Assembly: GCA_020696385.1 (NCBI GenBank)
Contig: JAEHCQ010000002.1
Coordinates: 288,001 to 352,000, forward strand
Source of the DNA: Methanobacteriota archaeon
GTDB taxonomy: Archaea; Thermoplasmatota; Thermoplasmata; SG8-5; JAGLSY01
DNA: 64,000 nucleotides
Reading direction: 5' to 3'
The translations under genes were made by a program, and so were the position numbers. This document shows positions 51,892 to 60,981 of this stretch, piece by piece (the first letter of the stretch is position 1; every line of letters starts with the position of its first letter). The notes under the pieces are model-generated. The model was not told where the DNA came from and did no database searches. It saw nothing but the letters and a program-made list of their open reading frames with translations.

Positions 51892-52139
51892 ATCATATTC
51901 ATTAATTCGAACAATCACATACCATTTGTTGCTTCTCAGCTTCTTAATCGTGCTGTGCTTATGTATATATAATAGTATAAACTATCAATAATACAAACTA
52001 CTGTTATAAATAATAAATATTGATAGATAATACTAATAGATAAGATATATCATAATCATATATTATCAATTATAAACACACACATAAATTCAATGACGCA
52101 TAGTAAGGCATATTAACACTCACATACATATCCCAAAAG

Positions 52140-52442
52140 ATGCGGGTGATGAAGAAGAAAATTTGGATACATAAGAATGAGATGATAGAGAGTCTCGTCA
52201 TAGCAGATGGTTCAAAGATCAAATTTTATTCCCACACTTATCTTGTGAAAGAGCGCTCTCGAGGATGGAGACCATGTGTGAAATGGGACAACTGGGAGGG
52301 GCAGCCACATGTGGATAAATTCGATGCGAATGAGACCCTGATAGAACAAAAGCCTTGCAATGAGAAAGGTCTGGAAGAGGTGATCAAGCTTGTCAAGATA
52401 TTCAGAAGGAACTTGACAACGATGGACCTGTCCCAGTTATAG
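52140..52442 (+). CDS. Putative toxin, DUF6516/TumE-like
   Basis: 100 aa with W....WDN..G.PH.D motif, directly upstream of an HTH partner. Confidence 0.55.
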   Translation: MRVMKKKIWIHKNEMIESLVIADGSKIKFYSHTYLVKERSRGWRPCVKWDNWEGQPHVDKFDANETLIEQKPCNEKGLEEVIKLVKIFRRNLTTMDLSQL

Positions 52443-52457
52443 TGAAGGAATCAAAAT

Positions 52458-52889
52458 ATGTATGTGAATATCAAGAAGATCAAGGATCCCGAAATGGTGA
52501 TCGAGGAATTTCAGGATCAATATGGTACGATCAATTCTCTATCTCAAAGGGTGTCGATATCGAAATGCACCACGAAGAACGAGATGGAAGATCTCATGGT
52601 GTGGAAATACCTCAGATCGGGAGCGGAGTTCACGGAGGAGATTGTCCTTCACAATTCCGATATATTCCACATACTCACTCCTAAGAGGATGGAATTGGTG
52701 GATTATCTGACAAAGAACAAGGTGACCTCGATACGGAAACTTTCAGAGGTCGTGCACCGTAATTACAAGAACACTTATGACGATCTTCTAGCTCTTGAGA
52801 AAGTGGGATTGGTGGAATTCAAACGTTCGGGAAAGAGCAGGATTCCCACTTCTTTCATTGTTGGTATTGAGACTATTTTCGAGGGTTGA
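52458..52889 (+). CDS. Putative antitoxin, HVO_A0114-like HTH protein
   Basis: LTPKRMEL...SIRKLS..V.RNYKN...DL..LE..GLVEF...P. Confidence 0.75.
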   Translation: MYVNIKKIKDPEMVIEEFQDQYGTINSLSQRVSISKCTTKNEMEDLMVWKYLRSGAEFTEEIVLHNSDIFHILTPKRMELVDYLTKNKVTSIRKLSEVVHRNYKNTYDDLLALEKVGLVEFKRSGKSRIPTSFIVGIETIFEG

Positions 52890-52891
52890 TC

Positions 52892-52978
52892 TTCATTATG
52901 GTATTATCATTTACTTCTCATACCATAATGAAATAAAAAAATATACTGGCTCTGTTATTTTACTTCTCATACCATAAT
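52892..52978. promoter_or_regulatory. Inverted plus direct repeat upstream of the KaiC-like operon
   Basis: ttcattatggtat/ataccataatgaa (52892-52932) and 20-bp direct repeat tttacttctcataccataat at 52910 and 52959. Confidence 0.55.
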
Positions 52979-53120
52979 AAATTCTATACGAAATATATAT
53001 ATGGGGGAATATCATTAACTATACTACCAAACCAATTGATAAACTACAAAATACACCAACCGGTGACGGTATGTTTCGAACCAATCATCTCCGGTTGAAA
53101 ATTAGATAAAAATCACAAGG

Positions 53121-53651
53121 GTGAAAAAGATGAAAGCGCGAAAATATGAAGATGTGGAGTTCATCATCGATCAGAAAACAGATAATTTCAAGGCAAACCT
53201 CATATGGAAAAAGGGAGGGCTTTATCTTTCTCTTTCAGGTTTGTTCTTGACAGATGGAACCACGTGGTATGAATTACCGGTCAAGGACCTTGACAATATC
53301 TCCATAATACGAGAAGAACCCTTGAAATTGAAGTTCAAAATACCGTCTTTCGATGTCACGATTTCCGGAGATCACGCGGAGCGACTTCTCGCTCTGAGAC
53401 ATTTTCTCCTTCCGTACATATCCGGTGGGGCTCATGGTAATGAGATGAAAGCTCTGCTGAAATTATGGGCCATCGGGGTTCGCGAGCCCTCCATTCTCAA
53501 AAAATTACTGGGTGTGGATGAAGAGAAAGTGATGGAATTGATCCAGAAAGCGAGGAAAGACAAGATCTTGTATGAAAATGGAGATATTGGCCCTAATGGC
53601 AATAATATGCTCACAGATGACGAGAGGGATTTTCTAGGCTTGGAGGATTAG
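53121..53651 (+). CDS. Hypothetical protein (PH-like beta domain plus C-terminal HTH-like domain)
   Basis: G.LYLS..GLFL...W.ELPV..L..I beta pattern with closing helix, then helix-turn-helix-like segment. Confidence 0.65.
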   Translation: MKKMKARKYEDVEFIIDQKTDNFKANLIWKKGGLYLSLSGLFLTDGTTWYELPVKDLDNISIIREEPLKLKFKIPSFDVTISGDHAERLLALRHFLLPYISGGAHGNEMKALLKLWAIGVREPSILKKLLGVDEEKVMELIQKARKDKILYENGDIGPNGNNMLTDDERDFLGLED

Positions 53652-53652
53652 A

Positions 53653-54549
53653 ATGGCAGACACTAATGATTTTGGGAGTTTTGCCGAGGCCATAAGTGCA
53701 TTGGGCACCCTGAATAAATTGGAATCCGCCATAACGAGCGCTATCAACACATCGAAAGTCCCCCCTAAGGAGATCAGGAAATTCATGAAATGCTCTTCTG
53801 TGGAAGAGGCCAGTAGCACCCCGCTTTTCCAATTCATGGAGATACTGTTCAAGAAGATCGGATTGGGCACTCTTGTTCTTTCCAAGAACGATATCTTCAA
53901 TTACGTATTCATAGTTCCTGATTCTCCAGTAAGTCGTCTTTACCCAAATGTGAAGAATAAGAAAGTATGCTTCACCATATCTGAAGCTCTACAACAATTC
54001 TTTGAGAAGGATCTTGGGATCCCGGGAAATGTCGAGGAGCTAAAATGTGTGAACCAGGGCAATGATGCCTGTGAATTTTCAGTAACAATGCAACCACTGG
54101 CAGTTTATCATCATGTTCTGGATGCGGATGACAGGGACATCATAGGACATCTTACAGAATCCCAGAATCTCTCATCTATCGCGGATGATATCGAACTACA
54201 TGAAGAAGAGATCAAATACAGGATAGAATCACTGAAGAGATATCACATACTTGATGACACGAACAAGGTCACGGAGATCGGTGAGACCTATCATAAATAT
54301 GGCAGAAGGGCGGATGATATCGATGAAGATTTCCCGCCACCATGGAAGGACATGGCGGAGATAAGCATGGCCATATCGGCATCCACCTCCTTCGCCGAGG
54401 CTTTCCTGGAAACCAATAGGAAAGATCCATTGGTAGAGGATGTGAGTGATGATGCCATAGTGAACCTTACTGAAGAAGCTGAAAAGAGTACCAGCTTTGC
54501 AGAATTACTATCAAAGACAATCAAAAAAGATGACAACAAGGAGGGTTGA
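53653..54549 (+). CDS. V4R-domain protein with wHTH and repeated SFAE motifs
   Basis: GLG.L, C..ISEAL..FF, VEELKC...G..ACEF (V4R); wHTH ending VTEIG. Confidence 0.78.
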   Translation: MADTNDFGSFAEAISALGTLNKLESAITSAINTSKVPPKEIRKFMKCSSVEEASSTPLFQFMEILFKKIGLGTLVLSKNDIFNYVFIVPDSPVSRLYPNVKNKKVCFTISEALQQFFEKDLGIPGNVEELKCVNQGNDACEFSVTMQPLAVYHHVLDADDRDIIGHLTESQNLSSIADDIELHEEEIKYRIESLKRYHILDDTNKVTEIGETYHKYGRRADDIDEDFPPPWKDMAEISMAISASTSFAEAFLETNRKDPLVEDVSDDAIVNLTEEAEKSTSFAELLSKTIKKDDNKEG

Positions 54550-54551
54550 GA

Positions 54552-55427
54552 ATGAGCGAAAGAATAAAGACAGGAATATTTGGGCTTGACCAGCTGATGG
54601 AGGGTGGTATGAGAGACAATACCGCTGTCGTCATAGTCGGTTCAAGCGGTACTGGAAAAACGACCTTCGCTATCCAATTCTTGATGCACGGCATTGAGAA
54701 TGGAGAGCAGGGTCTTTATGTGACGATGGAGGAATCTCCAGAGCAGATAATGAAGGAAGCTGAAATGATGGGTTGGAATATGAAAGAGCACTACGAGAAG
54801 TCTCTTTTCTTCATCCATCTAAAAGGCCAGAACTTCAAGAAGATGATCGAGGAAAAATTACCTCAGCTGGTGAAGGCCAGAAGTGATTATGACATAAGAA
54901 CAAGAGTTGTCATAGATCCGATGACACCCGTGATATGGGCGACAGAGGACAAGCTCCTGCAAAGGGAATTGATAGGCAAACTCTTCTACACTCTGAAAGA
55001 GCTTGGAGTGGTCATGGCCACGGTGGAGGAGCATTCCAGTCCCGGTGAGATGATCGGAGAGGATGTTCTATTGCCAGTGTATCTGTCCGATGGTGCGATC
55101 AATCTGGAATATTATCCTATTGGCGGAGCTTTCAACAGGACCTTGAAGATAGTCAAGATGAGAGGAACCCACCATGGGGAAGGTGTATATCCATATATTT
55201 TCGCCAGGGGCGCGGGTGCCATTGTCAGGTCATCACCGGTCGAGAGCAGATCCGATGAGGGAATGAGCTATGACGAGGTGTTCGACGAGGCCATAAAGAC
55301 GGCTGAATTCATCAAGGCTCCAGCTCATGTGATGGAAAAGCTGAAGACGATGAAAGCTAACTGGACATACGATTACTCTCCAGAAGAGATATTACAGGTC
55401 ATATTCGATTCATATGATTTAAAATAA
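54552..55427 (+). CDS. Single-domain KaiC-like (RAD55 family) ATPase
   Basis: RIKTGI.GLD.L..GG, GSSGTGKT, TMEES, RVVID, YLSDG, R.L.IVKMRG. Confidence 0.92.
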   Translation: MSERIKTGIFGLDQLMEGGMRDNTAVVIVGSSGTGKTTFAIQFLMHGIENGEQGLYVTMEESPEQIMKEAEMMGWNMKEHYEKSLFFIHLKGQNFKKMIEEKLPQLVKARSDYDIRTRVVIDPMTPVIWATEDKLLQRELIGKLFYTLKELGVVMATVEEHSSPGEMIGEDVLLPVYLSDGAINLEYYPIGGAFNRTLKIVKMRGTHHGEGVYPYIFARGAGAIVRSSPVESRSDEGMSYDEVFDEAIKTAEFIKAPAHVMEKLKTMKANWTYDYSPEEILQVIFDSYDLK

Positions 55428-55448
55428 ATCCAGTGTTGAGGTGATCAT

Positions 55449-56240
55449 ATGGTTGACCAAAAGAACATAGATAAGAGGATGGAAGCCAAGAACGTGGTCC
55501 AGCTAAAGCACATGCTGGTCATGGAGCTCAACCAGGTCAAGGAAGAGAACGATATCGATATAGTGATGTTCATGGGAGTGGATGGAAGAGTATTCTCATC
55601 CATAATACCCCCAATATTAGACGCACCCCAATTCAAACTTCTCAATCTTGTAAAATCAAATATGGTTCATATATGTCGTCAATTGGATGCGGAAAATATG
55701 AAATCCAGTATCCAGGAATACAGCTTCGGCACAGTGATAATAACAGGTGTGGGCGATAATGCGTTCCTGGCATCTTTATTCGTGAATCCCCCAACCAGTG
55801 ATGAATTGGGAAAGGTCACGAGCAATCTGGTTCGAGGCAGCAGGGTGATGAATCACCTGTTCCAGTTAAGGCCGATAACTGATGAATACATGGAAGGCTA
55901 TGACAAAGATGTGGTTGATGAGCTTAAAGGTCTTACAAGGCGCTTGTTCGTGGAGAAATTCGATGAGACCAGAGAGTACAAGCGAAACATGGAGATCCTT
56001 GAATATCTCAAAAAGAAGATCGGAAGTGTGGTTGGTATAGGTGCCATTGACGAGGTTGTCACCCTGACAATGAATGAACTGGGTGCCAGAGCGGCCTATA
56101 TGAAAGGCAGGCAATGGGTGACCTTTACCGAGATGGCGATAAACAATCACATTCGTAAATCATCGGGAGATATGGTGGCAGATGAATGCTTGAAGAACTG
56201 GATTCCAGAAGTTGAAAGAATGCTGAAGTCCTTTGTTTGA
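55449..56240 (+). CDS. Roadblock/LC7-like domain protein with helical C-terminal domain
   Basis: L..V.....I..V.F.GVDGRVFSS and IQEYSFGTVIITGVG.NAFLA patterns. Confidence 0.7.
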   Translation: MVDQKNIDKRMEAKNVVQLKHMLVMELNQVKEENDIDIVMFMGVDGRVFSSIIPPILDAPQFKLLNLVKSNMVHICRQLDAENMKSSIQEYSFGTVIITGVGDNAFLASLFVNPPTSDELGKVTSNLVRGSRVMNHLFQLRPITDEYMEGYDKDVVDELKGLTRRLFVEKFDETREYKRNMEILEYLKKKIGSVVGIGAIDEVVTLTMNELGARAAYMKGRQWVTFTEMAINNHIRKSSGDMVADECLKNWIPEVERMLKSFV

Positions 56241-56252
56241 TAAGGTGTAGGG

Positions 56253-58955
56253 ATGGCCGAAAAAACTACTAAGGGAAAGGGAAAGAAGAATAAGCAAAAG
56301 GGTCAGAAGAAGCAACCCTCCGAGACCCCTCCTAAGGAATCCCCTTCCACAAAAAAGAAGGCCAATTACGAATGTGGTTATTGCGGTAAGATTGTTAGCA
56401 ATGCTCACAATCTTAAAGTCCACGAGCACCACTGCAGATCAAAGAGCGAGGATAAAGAAAAGAAGGAAGCGAACAGGGAGATCGAGTCCGCAGTGAGGAA
56501 GTTGCAGGACGAGTTCGAGGATCAGAGAGATAAATTTCAGAAAGAGGCCTCGGACAGGGAAGATCTATTGCGACAGGAATTGGAAGAATTAAAGGATATT
56601 TTAAGACTGGAGATAAGAAGAACTCATCATGATAAAAATCATGATGAGCAACACGATCAACCACCAGAGGATGAGCATGAGAAAGGATCAGAGATACCTC
56701 AACAAAAAAAGGTCCATGATCCACATGTCCATCTTGCCCCTGGTATTGTCATTCCCGAGAAGCCAGAGATGGTGAGGGATGAAGAAAAGGTCGAGATCAC
56801 GGAGAAGATCATTGAACCCCCTATCTCGGAACCAGTCCCTGTTATCCCAGATTCCACCCCCACCGCCATTCCAGAATCTGGCTCTGCCATTCCAGAACCT
56901 CAACCTGTGGTCGAGCCTGTTGCACCAATGCAGACAGTACCGATCCTGGTAAAGACCGAAAGTGATCCTGTTCCAATATCTGCAAGCAATGTTGCACCAA
57001 TTCCCAGTAATGAAAGCCCAGGAATTTCCAGGGAAATGATTCAGGATCTGATAAGAGAGGAAATAGGAACCCCCGCTTCAGTTACAGGCCAACCAATGCA
57101 GATATCCGATGATAGGTTAGAAGTCATAGAGAACAAAATCAAGTCACTATCTTCGAGCATTGACCAGATATCTGAGAATATGAAAACAACAGAAGAAAGA
57201 ACCCTCAAGACTTTGAAAACAAAACTATCTGGTATGGACTCGAAAAGATTCGATAGGGAGATCGAAAAGATATCCGATAGGGTCTTTGACGTCATGGACG
57301 AAATCGGATATGGTGAGAGTTTGAATGTTGCCAAGATACCTCCAAATATCCTGGAGATCGTTTATAGCGCGACATTGGAAGATGTTGTGAAAGAGATGAA
57401 CAAAGCTCTCGGAGATCAGGAGGCGGAGCGGAAGATCAACAAGGCATTGGAGGATGTTCGTCTCAGAACCAGTGGTAGCGAGCTTTTCAGATTCGATGGA
57501 AGGAGGATAGTGACCGAGAATCTTGCTAGATCCTTGGAAACTCATATGATATCCGCCAAACAGATCCAGACCACATATACGGAGCTTTTGAAAAAGCTCC
57601 TGGAGACAATTCCAGGATACAAGGCCAAGAACTTCCAGGCCATGATCAAGATCAAAAGTCAGGAATACGCGGTTGACAAGGCTACAGTTTTAAGTGCTGG
57701 CGCGACTCGACTTGAGAGCAATATGAACAATATGGGCCAAATGATCGCAGCCTTTTCTTCCCAGCTCAGTGCAAGAGCATTGCAATTGGAAGGGGATATA
57801 AAACAAAATCAGGAAGATATAGCCAGCAAGAGCGATAAGGCGGACATCGAAAGCCTCTTGACCAATATGATGGAGAGAGCCGAATCTGATAGATCAATGA
57901 GATCGAATTTGGAAGCAATGAAGGAAGAGATAGATGCTATCAGGGAGCTCTCTGGAACTCTGTCGCAAAAACTTGAAGATTACATGAGCTCTGGTTCGAA
58001 AGGGCCAGTCAAAGATAAAAAGGCTCAAAAAGAGAAGAAAGTGACAGAGCCCGAGGTCGAAAAAAAGTCCTCGGAGGGAGTGATTTCAGAACCAGAAAAA
58101 GAACCCAAAGTGGAGAAGAAGAAGACCATCAGGGATCAGATCCTTGAAGCTGTATCTGAGGGATCGACCAGTAAAACAGCGATCAAGAATAAATTGAAGA
58201 TAACTGACAGTGTTTTGAGCAAAGAACTGGAGGCTCTAGTTAAGGCCAAGAAGATCCTGAAGAAAGGATCGAAGAATAGACCTTCCTATGCCATGCCAGA
58301 GGGATATAAGAAACCTGAAGAACCATCTGATGTAATAATCAAGGACAAAGCAACAAAACCAAAAAAAGAAGAAACGAAGCAGAAGGATGATGGTAAGGCA
58401 TCTGATAATAAGAAGTCCAAGACCGGGGAAAAAGAAGAGCCAAAGAATAAGAAAGAAAAATCTCCGGCAAAAACTGATGGTGAAGCAGCCAAGGGGTCGA
58501 AAAAGAAGGAAGAGGCTGAACCCAAGGCCGCGGGCAAGAAGAAGGAGAAAGAAAAACCCAAGGATGATGCGGAGATCGAAATGACCTCCATCAAGCCAGC
58601 TGAGAAGCAAAAAGCCACAGCCAGTGTGGAATCAACAGAGGTAGAGAAGAAACCTACCCCCTCATCCGATAAAGTGGAAGAAGTTCTTCCCCCATCCAAG
58701 ACCATGAAGGATCTGGATGACTCGGAGAAGAAGGTTCTGGATGCCATACCCACGTCCGGAATCACATTGGCAAATCTTAAAAAGACAGTTGCCAAGGATG
58801 TGAAATACACGGTGGTCCTGAGGGCTTTACGTGTATTATTGGACTCTGGACTGGCGGAAGCCACCACCCAGGGTCGTCATACCGTATATCAAAAGATCAA
58901 TGTCAAAAAAATGGATAAAACTGGAAAGAAGAAAGATAAACAGGAGGTGAAGTAA
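56253..58955 (+). CDS. Large scaffold: C2H2 zinc finger, coiled coils, two wHTH domains, Lys/Glu-rich linker
   Basis: YECGYCGK...LKVHEHHC; Pro-rich and coiled-coil regions; IRDQILEAV...ELEALVKAKKI and EKKVLDAIP...ALRVLLDSGL. Confidence 0.75.
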   Translation: MAEKTTKGKGKKNKQKGQKKQPSETPPKESPSTKKKANYECGYCGKIVSNAHNLKVHEHHCRSKSEDKEKKEANREIESAVRKLQDEFEDQRDKFQKEASDREDLLRQELEELKDILRLEIRRTHHDKNHDEQHDQPPEDEHEKGSEIPQQKKVHDPHVHLAPGIVIPEKPEMVRDEEKVEITEKIIEPPISEPVPVIPDSTPTAIPESGSAIPEPQPVVEPVAPMQTVPILVKTESDPVPISASNVAPIPSNESPGISREMIQDLIREEIGTPASVTGQPMQISDDRLEVIENKIKSLSSSIDQISENMKTTEERTLKTLKTKLSGMDSKRFDREIEKISDRVFDVMDEIGYGESLNVAKIPPNILEIVYSATLEDVVKEMNKALGDQEAERKINKALEDVRLRTSGSELFRFDGRRIVTENLARSLETHMISAKQIQTTYTELLKKLLETIPGYKAKNFQAMIKIKSQEYAVDKATVLSAGATRLESNMNNMGQMIAAFSSQLSARALQLEGDIKQNQEDIASKSDKADIESLLTNMMERAESDRSMRSNLEAMKEEIDAIRELSGTLSQKLEDYMSSGSKGPVKDKKAQKEKKVTEPEVEKKSSEGVISEPEKEPKVEKKKTIRDQILEAVSEGSTSKTAIKNKLKITDSVLSKELEALVKAKKILKKGSKNRPSYAMPEGYKKPEEPSDVIIKDKATKPKKEETKQKDDGKASDNKKSKTGEKEEPKNKKEKSPAKTDGEAAKGSKKKEEAEPKAAGKKKEKEKPKDDAEIEMTSIKPAEKQKATASVESTEVEKKPTPSSDKVEEVLPPSKTMKDLDDSEKKVLDAIPTSGITLANLKKTVAKDVKYTVVLRALRVLLDSGLAEATTQGRHTVYQKINVKKMDKTGKKKDKQEVK

Positions 58956-58956
58956 T

Positions 58957-59583
58957 TTGTTAGATGTAGCACTCGTATCTTTGATTCAAGATATGAGCGA
59001 AAAAGCTGGTGTCGAAGGCACCATACAATATTGGGCTAGAGTAGGTGAAAGCTTGGCCAAAAGAATGGGCAAGGAAGCGTACATGGGATGGCCGTCATTT
59101 AATGTGGCTTTGAGAGAAGGAAGAACAGCATTCTCCATCGAGGGATCTGTCACAGCATTGACCGATCTTGCCATAACGGATGTGGATGGCGATGTCGTTG
59201 GATACATATATGCTCTTGAAACATGCGTGTTCAACCCCACCACTGTACGAATAAGGTACAGTGTGGGAGAACTGCCAAGAGCGGACAGGGCTGTTGCTGA
59301 TGAATACAATAATAGCGTGAGGGACACGGCGGTATGTAATTTCTGTGTCATCCATCAGAGGTTCAGGGAAGAGGTTTCCAAGAACATCGCTATTGCGGAT
59401 CAGCAATTGGATTGTATCCAGCTGGCGGCAAGAGGTTTCACAGGAGAAACAAAGATCGCTGATGATTCCATGAAAAAGATAGGCATCAACCCAGAATATG
59501 TTCGCAGCCTTTTGCGAAACTACGCCTGCGTGTACGCCATCATGATGAAGGGCGCTCGTTTGAAAGGCGAAGAGGAGGATTAG
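58957..59583 (+). CDS. V4R-like hypothetical protein, paralog A
   Basis: TTG start 1 bp after the previous stop with ggaggtga SD; CVF...CNFCVIHQ.FR...LLRN. Confidence 0.68.
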   Translation: MLDVALVSLIQDMSEKAGVEGTIQYWARVGESLAKRMGKEAYMGWPSFNVALREGRTAFSIEGSVTALTDLAITDVDGDVVGYIYALETCVFNPTTVRIRYSVGELPRADRAVADEYNNSVRDTAVCNFCVIHQRFREEVSKNIAIADQQLDCIQLAARGFTGETKIADDSMKKIGINPEYVRSLLRNYACVYAIMMKGARLKGEEED

Positions 59584-59596
59584 GAGGTGGTCTAAG

Positions 59597-60229
59597 ATGA
59601 TAAAAACAAAAAATGAACTCCAGGAAAGAAGAGGATTGATTGATGATAATCCACTGGTCGATGTGGCCGCCTGTCTGTTCCTAGAGGATATCGCTGATAA
59701 GCAGGGTGCAAGTGGTATGAACAATTATCTTGTAAGTCTTGCAACCTCACTGGCAAAAAGCATGCCAGTGGAAGAGTATGATACTTGGGATGACTTCATC
59801 GACGCATTGGTAAATGGGGAATCCATCATATCTGCCTTTGAAGAGGTAGAAGCCATAACACCCAATTGCGCGGTCACCAAGAAATGCCCCTTCACGAGAG
59901 GCTGGCAGGAATACACCAAAAGGATCGGTGAATTCTCCAAGATACACACGGATGTCGCAGAGTATTACAATTCCGTATACAAGCCATGTGTCATCAATTC
60001 AATGTGTATAATACACCAGACATTCAGGAACGCCGCTGCTGAGAGAATAAACATAAAGGGCAAACCTCTGAAATGTGCCAATATCGCGGCCGTCTGGGAA
60101 GATGGAACGAGGAAGATCGCTCCAGATGAATGGTTGCCCATACTCCTTGAGAAGGCTCAGATAACCAGCACGGACCTCAATATGATCCTGCGAAATAATG
60201 CAGATGTTTGGGTGATCTACACAGATTGA
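59597..60229 (+). CDS. V4R-like hypothetical protein, paralog B
   Basis: Aligns with the upstream gene: DVA...L.D...K.G..G...Y......SLAK.M, CPF, CIIHQ.FR, ILRN. Confidence 0.68.
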   Translation: MIKTKNELQERRGLIDDNPLVDVAACLFLEDIADKQGASGMNNYLVSLATSLAKSMPVEEYDTWDDFIDALVNGESIISAFEEVEAITPNCAVTKKCPFTRGWQEYTKRIGEFSKIHTDVAEYYNSVYKPCVINSMCIIHQTFRNAAAERINIKGKPLKCANIAAVWEDGTRKIAPDEWLPILLEKAQITSTDLNMILRNNADVWVIYTD

Positions 60230-60363
60230 GACACGAACCAATCTGTGAAGTGGTTTGAGTGAATCAGTGTTAGACATATCAAACATTGATCCACTCAAAA
60301 TAAGGTCGCATCAATGGAAGTGAGAGCCTGCAATTACTCGGAAGAAGCGGTGAAATAGAATAC

Positions 60364-60921
60364 TTGAAACTAGAGGAAGCTTCAGAGATAGACAGGTTCC
60401 ACATCGTGGGTGTGGAGGAAGGCGATCTGGCCGGAGGTGGATTCGAGTTCTTCCGGGGATTGGGGATCATCGGTTATAGGAATACTTTCAAGATGTGGTT
60501 GAGGAAATTTCCACGACCGATATTCATCGTGGCAGTGAAAAATAGGAATATCGTGTCCTGGGTCTTCATAGAGGAATGGGACAGCACTGCCAGGGATGGA
60601 TCATCAGTGTGGGTCCTCCGGGCCATAGAGACCATAGTGCCTCTTAGAAAGAACAAGGTCGGCCATAGATTATTGATGCTGGGCGCCAAGCACAGTGTGG
60701 GATACCTCATTACGAAGCCTCTTACACCAGAGGCTTCGAGGTTCTTCGCCAGGGGTGGATTCATGGGAGTGACGGAGTTCAGAAAGGTCGCGATAGACCT
60801 TTCTCGCAATCCTGGCTATGTGATCCTACCACCTTTCCAGAAGAATAAATTAATAGATGGCATTGAAAGATATTTCGCCCCTCATCAGATGGGTGAGGAC
60901 GAGGTAAAAGATATATTGTGA
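60364..60921 (+). CDS. GNAT-like acetyltransferase
   Basis: FIVAV....IVSW, LRAIET..PLRKNKVGHRLL (motif A-like), A..FF.R.GF. Frame stays open upstream to 60304. Confidence 0.65.
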   Translation: MKLEEASEIDRFHIVGVEEGDLAGGGFEFFRGLGIIGYRNTFKMWLRKFPRPIFIVAVKNRNIVSWVFIEEWDSTARDGSSVWVLRAIETIVPLRKNKVGHRLLMLGAKHSVGYLITKPLTPEASRFFARGGFMGVTEFRKVAIDLSRNPGYVILPPFQKNKLIDGIERYFAPHQMGEDEVKDIL

Positions 60922-60981
60922 ATGTTCCAGCCCCGGCTAACTTACTATCATGTTCTATCGAATTAGATAGTGTTTGATTAA

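Noticed and set aside
54552-55427. Circadian clock KaiABC
   Set aside because: Single ATPase domain, no KaiA or KaiB, and no tandem Ser-Thr phosphosite pair (YLSDG).
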